This document shows, piece by piece, positions 53,303 through 64,000 of a stretch of DNA of 64,000 bases; position 1 is the stretch's first letter, and the number at the start of each line of letters is the position of its first letter. The notes under the pieces were generated by a model. That model was not told where the DNA came from and did not search any database. It was given only the letters and a program-made list of their open reading frames with translations. The DNA is from Octopus vulgaris. Its lineage: Eukaryota. The DNA is taken from the NCBI GenBank assembly GCA_951406725.2, contig OX597815.1, forward strand, positions 181,536,001 through 181,600,000, in the 5' to 3' direction. Position numbers and translations under genes: made by a program.

Positions 53303-54055
53303 GGATCTTTTCCTTTTGAAAGGCAGTTTTCAACACAATTTCTAGGTAACTAAACATTTTTAAACTTCGTATACTGGTAGAATGTGTCAAAATAAAACAT
53401 TTTTTTCTCTTGGCTTTCTTGAGAAAATTGTAATTAGTAAGTTTAACGTAGTTTAATTTTTCGAATTTTAACTAATCAATTGCCTCTATTGAGCTAAAAT
53501 CATTTGCTGCGTCTAAAACTGAGACAACACCCTGTCACTGTTATGTTTACGTACGGAAAGCGTGTGTATAAAATTATAGAATTATTTTGTTTGTTAATTG
53601 TTTAAATTATTTTCCATTGCTTTCGTTTTAGCCTTTCGTTTTTTTTTTCTTAAGCAATGGAAAATTGTTTAAACAATACACGTGTATCTCAAAACAAAAA
53701 ATCAAAACAAAATCAAAACGAATAATTTTAGACACACGCGTAACAATTAAATTAATTTAACAATTAAGAAGAAAAAACGAAAGGCTAAAATTTAGGGTTA
53801 GGGTTAATGTTAGGGTTGGGGTTAGGGTTAGGGTTAGGGTCTGTGACAGGATGTTGTCTCAGTTTTAGACGCAGCAAATGATTTTAGCTCAATAGAGGCA
53901 ATTGATTGGTTAAAATTCGAAAAATTAAACTACGTTAAACTTACAAATTACAATTTTCTCAAGAAAGCCAAGAGAAAAAAATGTTTTATTTTGACACATT
54001 CTACAAGTATACGAAGTTTAAAAGTGTTTAGTTAACTAGAAATTGGAAAAGATCC
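53303..54055. mobile_element. Non-autonomous DNA transposon with about 200-bp TIRs, 8-bp TSD and internal (TTAGGG)n
   Basis: Termini ggatcttttcc...ggaaaagatcc; long near-perfect TIRs to about 53538 and from about 53843. TSD ggtaactg (53295-53302) / ggtaattg (54056-54063). Confidence 0.9.
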
Positions 54056-54456
54056 GGTAATTGTATGATATACATAAGATAGTTTAATGTTCCGTGACTT
54101 TTCTCACCACATAAGAAAGTTAAGAGGTGAATAGCTTATTGAATAATAATCTGTAAAAACCGGCAGCAATAAGATGGAGCAAAGGAAAAGGCGATAATTT
54201 ATACAAACATCGTCTGCCTTTTACTCAGTTGCGTCATTAAAATGTTTCCGTAGATATGAATTATTTATATTAAAAGGCATTGAAATAAAACTATTGTACC
54301 AGTCCTTTGCAGCATCTATTTGCACTCCAATTAACGTTCTCAAGTTGTTTTAACCTCCCCCACCACACACACACACACACACACACACACTTACTCACAC
54401 ACACACGCGTTCACTCATTCACTCACTTACTTACTCACACACATACACATGCACAC

Positions 54457-56060
54457 CATGGGATTACAATCGGCTGAATTAGGGAACCAGAAATTAGAGT
54501 TGGTGAAGTCGTAGGAATTCTCTGGCAAACACTTCTGATATTTTTCGGAGGTGTAGCAAGAACCCTAATCCTGTTACCACACATATGGCCTTCGAGCAGC
54601 CTTCTTCTCCATCCAGAATTTGACCACTATATCCAGCAGCTTGACACAGCCTTCTGAATTGAGCATAACGGCCAGTTCAAAGATGTTGACGGCACGATTT
54701 CACCCTCCCTGAAGACACATACAAAGACCAACACAGTTTGTTTTTCATAATGTGTAGGACGTCACATAGATTGCATGCAAGCCACCTGTTGCTCTGGATG
54801 CTGTGCAACTGGTCCTAGCAGAAGTTCATCTGAGAAGAACCAAATTATCTATTTCTTTACTACCCACAAGGGGCTAAACACAGAGAGGACAGACAAACGG
54901 ATTAAGTCGATTATATCGACCCCACTGCGTAACTGGTACTTATTTAATCGACCCTGAAAGGATGAAAGACAAAGTCGACCTCGGCGGAATTTGAACTCAG
55001 AACGTAACGGCAGACGAAAAAGATTAAGACGTCAGCATACTCTCATAAATGTCATAGCGCAACAGGTATGAACAATAGGAAGAAAGTTGTAGGAAAATGT
55101 GGATTCGATTTCGAATCCTGGCTTAAAAATTTGGAAATTATTTCTTACAATGGAATAAATGAAAGTGAGGAATATTATTAGATATTTGTGAATAACATCT
55201 ATTTCTTTACTACCCACAAGGGGCTAAATACAGAGAGAACAAACAAGGACAGCCAAACGGATTAAGTCGATTATATCGACCCCAGTGTGTAACTGGTACT
55301 TAATTTATCGACCCCGAAAAGATGAAAGGCAAAGTCGACGTCGGTGAATTTGAACTCAGAACGTAACGGCAAACGAAATACCTATTTCTTTATTACCCAC
55401 AAGGGGCTAAACATAGAGGGGACAAACAAGGACAGACATAGGTATTACGTCGATTACATCGACCCCAGTGCGTAACTGGTACTTAATTTATCGACCCCGA
55501 AAGGATGAAAGGCAAAGTCGACCTCGGCGGAATTTGAACTCACAACGTAACGGCAGACGAAATACCGCTAAGCATCTCGCCCGGCGTGCTAACGTTTCTG
55601 CCAGCTCGCCGCCTTAATGAACCAAATTATCCTTGGATCAACAGGATGCCTAGCTTCTTCAGAAGTGTCATTACCTCCACCAAGCAGTTCTGCTTTATCC
55701 TTAGGTTGGTACACTATATTCCTTGTGCGATGGTCCTCATTCAGGTAGCGATGATCCTCATTCAGGACCAACTTCATGGGCTGACTCTTTCATCTCTCCC
55801 ATCAAGTCTCGGATTCCCTTGCTCGTATCTTCAATCACCTTGGTCTGCAGTTGCTGGGTGAATTCCGGGATGTGAACACAATCAGAACGCCTGCTGTTTC
55901 CCTTCCTGATTGCCAAGACTCCGTAGACTCCATTGCAGCTGTTCATGTCATACTTCAAAGCCTTTACAGTGATCAAAGAGCACTGTGCAGAAGTCACGAT
56001 ATTGGCATTTTGACACCCGGCGCAAATCACGATACAGATAACCGTTTTCCAATATTCAGA
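54457..56060 (-). pseudogene. Decayed DD37D (maT-like) transposase gene interrupted by a SINE cluster
   Basis: Minus strand reads RKGNSRRSDCVHIPEFTQQL...MKLVLNED...HPVDPRIIWF | FSDE...NRWLA...RRPYVW*QD*GSCYTS...FWFPNSADCNPM, with 37-residue spacing after QD. Related to 7785-8625. Confidence 0.82.
54850..55616 (-). mobile_element. SINE family A trimer (with about 175 bp of intervening sequence) under one TSD
   Basis: One head and three core+tail units; 13-bp TSD gaaccaaattatc at 54837-54849 and 55619-55631. Confidence 0.9.
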
Positions 56061-56275
56061 TGGCTTCCAGTCTTACACGTCACCAAACATTTTCTTAACT
56101 ACTATATTAAATTTTAAGCTCTGCAAATTCGTTGACTGTTCACCAATACATCAAGCAGTTACTGATAAAAAAAAAGAGACGTATAAAAACACTCTGTATG
56201 TATATGCTTACGCACACATACATACACCCTCCACCCACACATATATAGAAGTAGGTTGTATATACTACATATACA

Positions 56276-57479
56276 TTAGGTTGTCCGGAAAGTTCGTGTC
56301 GATTTTTAAAGGAAATAAAAAGGTCAATAAATACTTGCCATTACATTTTTAATCAACCAAATATGAACCATTTTGTTGCACAATGCGTCTCCATCTTTCC
56401 TTTAACTTGAAAATACCCTCTTCCCAGAATTGAGGTGGTTTCATGGTAAAGAATTCACCAAGGTATCTTTTTACGTCATCCAAGGAATTGAAATTTTTAC
56501 CATTAAGACTATTCTGCAGAGACCTGAATAAGGGGAAATCCGAAGAAGCAATATCTGTTGAATATGGAGGGTGGAGTAACACATCCCAGCCGAGATGCAG
56601 CAATTTTTGTCTGGTTCTCAAAGAAACGTGCGGTCTTGCATTATCATGTTGGAAAACAACACTCTTCCTGTTGGCCAATTCTGGAGGGTTTTCTTGAATT
56701 GCTGCTTTTAACTTGTCCAGTTGTATGCAGTATTTCTCAGAATTAATTGTCTGGTTAATCTGTCATGGCTAAGGGTGGCTCATGTCGCTTACTCTAGGAT
56801 CGCTTTCTCTGGACATTTCAGTAGATGATACATTTCTCATCACCTGTCACAATTTGCTTTAAAAATGACGCGTTTTCATTCTGTTTATAAAGCGAATCAC
56901 AGATGGAAATGTGATCCATAACTTTCTTCTCCCTCAACTCATGTGGTGCCCAAACATCGTAGCGATGTGTGTCCCCAAGCTTCACCAGGTGCTCATGAAC
57001 CACGGATGTTGATAGGCTGAGGCTTTCTGCCAATTCTCGGGTTGTGCAATGTAGGTTATTCTCAATTAATGACTTAATTTGGTCATCATCGGTAGTGGAT
57101 GGTCTACTTGATCACTCTTTATCAATAAGGCTACAATCTCCAGCTCAGAACCTTGCGAACCAATTCCGTACAGTTCTTTCGGATAAAGAAACATCACCGT
57201 AAACTGCGCATATTTCTTTGGTTGCTTGGGAGGCATTTTTCCCTTTACGGAAAAAGAAAAGCATCAAGTGCCGAAAATGAACTTTCTTATCTTCCATTTT
57301 AAAGGGTTACATAATTAACACAGGTTATAGGAACATAAAACTTCTTTCATGAAAAGGTAGCTTAAACTGTGCTCTAAATGCAGGTGTAGTCAAATCCTAT
57401 TTCATGGACTCAACCATGTTCTAAAATAACTCGAAAGGTAAGCTAATATAAATCGGCATGAACTTTCCGGACAACCCAA
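56276..57479 (-). mobile_element. mariner (DD34D) transposon, near full length, non-functional
   Basis: About 30-bp TIRs tt(a/g)ggttgtccggaaagttc(g/a)tg(t/c)cgattt. Transposase from ATG at 57297 (MEDKKVHFRHLMLFFFRKGKNASQA...) to stop at 56349, with WAPHEL, IVTGDEK and HDNARPH-...-HPPYSTDIASSDF (34 spacing). It carries stops and an internal deletion near 56760. Confidence 0.95.
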
Positions 57480-57723
57480 AATATAGATATGCATGTATGT
57501 ATGTGTGTGCATACAGACATGTACACATACATACATACATTCATACATTTAAATTATGTTACGCTTGCAGAGTGACTTGAACCCGCGACCCTCAGATTAG
57601 TCAAAGAAACACAAAGACAGCTTGTTTCACACGGGTGATATTTAGCATCACATTATAGTAACAAAGTGTCCCTCTGTGTTTGCCCCTTGTGGGCAATAAA
57701 GAATCAGAATATAGTAACAATGT

Positions 57724-58100
57724 AAGGCAGCGAGCTGGCAGAAAGGTTAGCACGCCGGGCGAAATGCGTAGCCGTATTTCGTCTGTGTTTACGTTCTGAG
57801 TTCAAATTCCGCCGAGGTCGACTTTGCCTTTCATCCTTTCGGAGTCGATTACCAGTTACGCATTGGGGTCGATGTAATCGACTTAACCCGTTTGTCTGTC
57901 CTTGTTTGTTCCCTCTATGTTTAGCCCCTTGTGGGTAGTAAAGAAAAAGGTATTTCGTCTGCCGCTACGTTCTGAGTTCAAATTCCGCCGAGGTCGACTT
58001 TGCCTTTCATCCTTTCGGCGGTCGATAATATAAGTACGAGTCGAAGTAACCAACTTATCCCTTTACCCGTAATTGCTGGTCTTGTGCTAAAATTTTAAAT
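57724..58100 (+). mobile_element. SINE family A dimer (tail A unit then core + tail C)
   Basis: Junction aagaaaaa|ggtatttcgtctg at about 57949. Preceded by a short tail-A stub at 57666-57707 flanked by tatagtaacaa repeats. Confidence 0.88.
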
Positions 58101-59281
58101 CAGTATTTGGAGAGAGGGGGCAACAGGTTCAGAAATTTGCTTTCCTCGATAATTGCATTTGACTTGTAACGAACTAATCTTTTTAACTACTAATTATTTT
58201 GTCCTTTCCAAAGTTTGTATTATGTGCTTCCAATGCAGACAAAACAACTTGTAGATTATAAAATCTATTTATTCACTTTTTCTCCTTTATAAAAACTAGA
58301 AACCTGGTAGCGAGATTTATATTTCTAGAAAAGTTCTATAGTATTTATTTCGTAAATTCATTAGAACGTTTTTATTTCGGGTTTTACTTAACATATTTAG
58401 TGAAAAGTTTATCACTTTAGAATTTGAACTTATGATGTTTAACTTCGTAGCCCAATATAATAACCAAGCATCGCACATTACACAGCCATTATATCACTTG
58501 AAATCATCAAATTAGTTTTATTTTTAGAACGATTTGTGTTTAACCTCATCAGGTATTGTTTTATCGTGATTTTGTTTGTGAAACAATTTTATTTGCTATA
58601 ATGTTCGTCACTAATGAGATACAAAGACGTACAATCTCTCAGGACCTCCTAATAGATTTTAACCTCAGGCTAGAGATTTAAAGACAAAACAAAAAAAAAA
58701 GGAATATCTGGAGATAAAATGAACTGAGTGAATAATTCTGCTTCAGTATTTCAGCTTGAATTCACAGCAATCAAGAATGCATATAGGAACCTCGCATTCC
58801 TAAATCAGAATTGTTTTCTGCATTCTGAGTCCCAATTAGCTATTTGCTTCCGACTCATAATCATTACGATCATTTGTGGCTCACACTTCAGATCTCAAGC
58901 AGAGATGAGCCAAACTGTGTCAAAATGTCTTTTTTTAAAATCCTCTATTTGCTATGAATTTTCTCAAAAAATACCAATTATTGTAATCTTTCAAACCATT
59001 ATATTAAATCAACTGAGTTTGTGAAATTGCAAAGCTTTCTATACGACATTTCAATTTATGATTGATTTGTTGTTGATTAGGTTAAATTATATCCAGTTAA
59101 TCATAACCACATCTTAATGAAAAAAAAAAAAAAAAGAATTACTTGAGGTTACAGCTTCATAAAATGATTCGTAACGTCTTTGAAATATTCTTCTTACAGA
59201 CAATTTTTAATCTAAAAAAAGTGTCTTAACTAAGCTAGAATGGATCGTACAGGAATATTCTGTGCGACAAGTATCAGTGCT

Positions 59282-59459
59282 ACATTATTTACATTATTTA
59301 CATTTGACGGATACTTGTCCTTATCTTGTTTGTTGTTAACACAACGTTTCGGCTGATATACCCTCCAGCCTTCATCAGGTGTGTTGGGAAAAATTCGAAC
59401 CTGGGTTCTCATTCCTAAGGTATTTTTCGATGTTCTTCTTCTTCTTCTTCTTCTTCTTC

Positions 59460-59517
<58 letters not shown>

Positions 59518-59534
59518 CATCATCATTATTATTC
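59282..59534 (-). mobile_element. Headless inverted copy of the composite (AAT)n-hammerhead element
   Basis: Reverse complement of 59619-59862; hammerhead at 59337-59384 with core CTGATGA...GAAAC-GTT. Confidence 0.85.
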
Positions 59535-59552
59535 ACTCCATAATTACCCGTA

Positions 59553-59885
<333 letters not shown>

Positions 59886-61137
59886 TGAAGTATCAGCGCT
59901 GTTTCCGTCCAATGATTTTACTCGCAAGGACTGGGGAGACTTGAAGCTAGGGTTAAAAGAGATTTGCCTAAGTTGCCTTGTAGTGCGATCGAACACTACA
60001 TCTCTTGACTGTGATTCTAAATTCGTAACCACTGGGCCATACCTGCGTCCACCCTACTGACTGCACAATAAAAGAAAAATAACAAACAAGAAAAGGAAAA
60101 GGGTACATTAAAATGTAAATTCATCCCAAAGAGAAAGGCAGTGAGAGAGAAGGAGAGAAAGTGAGAAAGAGAGAGAGGAAGAGAGAGTGGGAGAGAAGGA
60201 GACAAGGGGAAGAGAGAAATACAAAAGGAGAAGGGTAAAGAATGGCTCTTTGGTCATTTTGCTCTCTAAAACTTTCTGTTCAAGTTTATTTATATTGGAA
60301 ATGTCTATTTTCTTAAGAACTTATTCAATAGAATAAGACTGCTCAATCTGCATTCATTCAGAATGCTTCTTTGATCGCTGAAAAGAAATCCTTTCGAGAG
60401 ATAAAAATCATTGCTTGCCATTGCAATTAGTAACCAGAAAAGCCAATTCCATTACTTTAGGGACCTCTGCATTTGGAAAACAAGATTTGAAGTTATTGAA
60501 AACTCCTGGTCATCTTGAAAAGTATAAGTGATCCAAAATATAGCACAATTGCAGAAAATATTTTCTTTATTCCGGTAATTTGATATTTCAAGTTCCTATC
60601 CTTTACCTGTAAGGAAGCAGAAAAATTGCAAATAAATACGCATAGTGTAGAAGGTTAAAGAAAAAGGAAACTTGGCCTATCTGCGTAGGAATTTCCTTGT
60701 TGCTCAGACTTATGGTCAAATACATTGCATCAGTTCAACCCATCATTTTCATAAGAGCAAATACAATATGCAATATATATACGTATGAAGATATGTATAT
60801 ACAAGCATCAATACATCCATATAAAACATCTGCTGAAGAAATATAGTCTGGCTTCACCACCATGTATTTTTCTATCCTAGGTACATCCAAAATACCCCTT
60901 TTTTACACTATATGTATCAACTGTAGCTTTAAATTTCTTCAGTATAGCTTTTTCTCTTCTGCGTATTTTACCGAATTCTCATCACAGATATCTTCTCTCT
61001 GTGCATTTTGCTAATTCCTTACCATCCTTTGCACACTGCAACACACTCTCAAGAACTTTTTATCTTAATAACGGTCAATTACATAGCAATTTCCCTTTGC
61101 TTAACGGTCACTTTCATAGCATTTTTTGATTGCCACA

Positions 61138-61196
61138 ATAACTGACGAGATGCCGGAGCAGTCTCCTGCCCCGACGTCCGAAACTCGGAGTCTTAT
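61138..61196 (+). ncRNA. Candidate type I hammerhead ribozyme (family of 5678-5740)
   Basis: ataa-CTGACGA-gatgccgg...ccgacgtcc-GAAAC-tcgga-GTC-ttat. Flanks aatttcccttt...aacgg and taattgtca.ata match 5630-5765. Confidence 0.72.
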
Positions 61197-61272
61197 ATAT
61201 GGCAGCCGAATAATTGTCATATAGTAAAAAATTATATATGGCAGCCGAATAATTGTCATATAGTAAAATTAA

Positions 61273-61516
61273 TCAATTAATTTTATTTTCTGTTTTTTGA
61301 AATTGTGCAAGATAGTGAAAATATTTTCAGTATAATTATTTTTTAAAAAAAGTAATATACTACAAATGGTTTTACAAATAACTATCTATTTCTCATGATA
61401 ACAAATCTATAGAGTGAAGGGCTTTAAACAGATAAAGGTATTCTGTTTCACATATACTTTTTCCTTCAGTTGTTTCAGAAAGAGATATTACACACACACA
61501 CACACACATATATATT

Positions 61517-61548
<32 letters not shown>

Positions 61549-61562
61549 TGTATGTATGTATG

Positions 61563-61651
<89 letters not shown>

Positions 61652-61688
61652 TTAAGGAAAGAGCGGCACACAGACAAATAGATTGATG

Positions 61689-61771
<83 letters not shown>

Positions 61772-62223
61772 GCAAATGTCTGAGTGACACTGCTTGTTCG
61801 TTTGAGTAAGACCATTCCTTCAATTATAAATAAGAGTGAACGAGAAGATTTTTAGAATCTTTCGACAAGACAAATTGTCTGCGTTGAGACACAGAAATAG
61901 AGAACTTGTACATATATATATCGTATTTATCCAATCAATTATTTCACTTCAATTCTGACACTATGTACTACTGTATGCTTGTATGTATGCGTATCAAATT
62001 TACAACTTCAATTAATTTTATTTTCTGTTTTTTGAAATTGTGCAAGATAGTGAAAATATTTTCAGTATAATTATTTTTTTAAAAAGTAATATACTACAAA
62101 TGGTTTTACAAATAACTATCTATTTCTCATGATAAGAAATCTATAGAGTGAAGGGCTTTAAATAGATAAAGGTATTCTGTTTCACATATACTTTTTCTTT
62201 CAGTTGTTTCAGAAAGAAATATT
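61273..62223 (+). repeat. Direct duplication of about 215 bp (61273-61489 and 62008-62223)
   Basis: tcaattaattttattttctgttttttgaaattgtgcaag...cagttgtttcagaaaga is nearly identical at both sites. Confidence 0.92.
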
Positions 62224-63115
62224 CGCAAGTGTTTGTAAAAAAAACACCCTTCATGAAATGGTATGTATTAAGTTACAATCAAAATTGTTCATATAATACA
62301 TAAGCTGATTGAGAACGAATGTATTTTAGTCACAGTAATAATGTTTTTTTATTGCAGATCGGCTCCGATCGAACAAATTTAGCACTTAATATTCCAGTCA
62401 CGATCATCACATCTTTTTCCATATGTACTGGAAATCCAGATTCAAGTTATTAAGTGTATCTTTTCCAAAACGGAAAAAAAGATTTCGTTGCTGTTTGTAG
62501 CTGGTTGAGTGAAAGATAAGGTTGGACTGGTTCTAGTTCAGATATTGGAAAAGAAGCAAACCTCGTTTCCAGAACACTTCCCATTTGCGCAGTCTCACAA
62601 CACCAATTTCACATTTTAAAAACCATTTTGCGTGTGATGTCTCTTTCGTAACAGGTTGTTGTTAAAATCACTTTCATTAGTCCAGACTTTCCTCCGTTGA
62701 GTTCGGTCGAAAGCAGTTGAAACGCCCCACAAAGGCGTTCACCTTTTGACACTGCCCACTGTTTGGTTAGACAGATAATTAATGGAAAACTTGTTACTTA
62801 ATCATGTCTTTGTTACTCATCCCAAGCAGTATATTATGATTTACTATTTTCATCATTTATCTATCTGTCTATCTATCTATCTGTCTGTCCGTCCGTCCGG
62901 GCGGAGGGGAAGTGGTTGACCCTTAATTTATAGAGCAAATAAAAAAAACTGGAGAGGATACAAAAACTACAAGTACATGTGTATGTAATACATGGTTGTT
63001 ACATGTGTATGTATTCTTCTAATACATTCTAATACACTGGAATAAATAGACATACTAGAATGTATACCGGCTGATGTATGTCGTTTTTGTATCCTCTCCA
63101 TTTCCTTATTCGCCG

Positions 63116-63243
<128 letters not shown>

Positions 63244-63327
63244 CAAGTAGTTCGGTATATTTAAAGAACCATTATCGGTAAACTTATACATAAAATTTTA
63301 TAATTATGAGTATAATTATAAAATTTA

Positions 63328-63442
<115 letters not shown>

Positions 63443-64000
63443 AAAGGGGGTGCGTGCGTTTCGTCATATAATATATTAATAAATGAAATAAAACATATGC
63501 ATATATATAAACATATATGTACGTACCTACCTCTTATCTTGTTTTTCCCTGTCCTGTCTTTTACTGTTTATATTTTTGTACTGTCGTTACTGTCCTGTTT
63601 TTTTACCATTTTTTTTTACCATATTTCACCCCTCTGCGAAAAGATCTCAGAATTTTAATTGATTTCCTTTTCGCAGGAAGGAAAGTTTCTTGTCGAAGAT
63701 ACGTCTCGCTTTTATCCTTCGAAAAGTAGAGTAGATGAAACCGTAGCGACTGAAGAAGGGGTTTTTTCTTTGTGTTAATTGTCCTGTACTCTATTTTTTT
63801 GTTGTTTTTTTAAAAAATGTCCAGTTCCTTTGGTTTGTGTCTATGTTTTCGTTTCTCATTGTGTTCGACGTCCCTTTGGTGTCCTGTGCTCATATATGCG
63901 TGTATATGTACATGTAGAGGTAGGTACGTACATATATGTTTATATATATGCATATGTTTTATTTCATTTATTAATATATATATATATATATGTATATACA

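Noticed and set aside
60250-61060. Possible decayed coding sequence or exon on the minus strand (acceptor-like ttccttacag near 60606)
   Set aside because: The frames I read close quickly and contain no recognisable motif.

Overview
AT-rich, microsatellite-dense eukaryotic DNA that is intergenic or deep intronic; no host protein-coding exon can be supported. The repeat content resembles what I recall of octopus (coleoid cephalopod) genomes, which is inference and not a database result. Most supplied ORFs are simple-repeat artefacts, and the real coding signal comes from mobile elements: a young 5'-truncated Tx1-clade LINE inside a (TAGA)n array plus two decayed relatives, a DD34D mariner, two DD37D (maT-like) relics, two R4/Dong-like 3' ends inside (TAA)n arrays, and a CR1-like 3' fragment. 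Non-coding elements include three tRNA-derived SINE groups, two non-autonomous Helitron-like elements and several foldback/MITE elements. Highlights: (1) about 15 candidate minimal type I hammerhead ribozymes in six repeat families, often as inverted pairs; (2) a composite element of tRNA-like head + (AAT)n spacer + hammerhead tail, whose spacer appears to act as a landing pad for TAA-targeting retroelements; (3) the dominant SINE has a 3' tail homologous to the Tx1 LINE 3' end and repeatedly lands at GGTATTT sites, including within itself. All alignments, translations and folds were done by eye, so coordinates may be off by a few bases.
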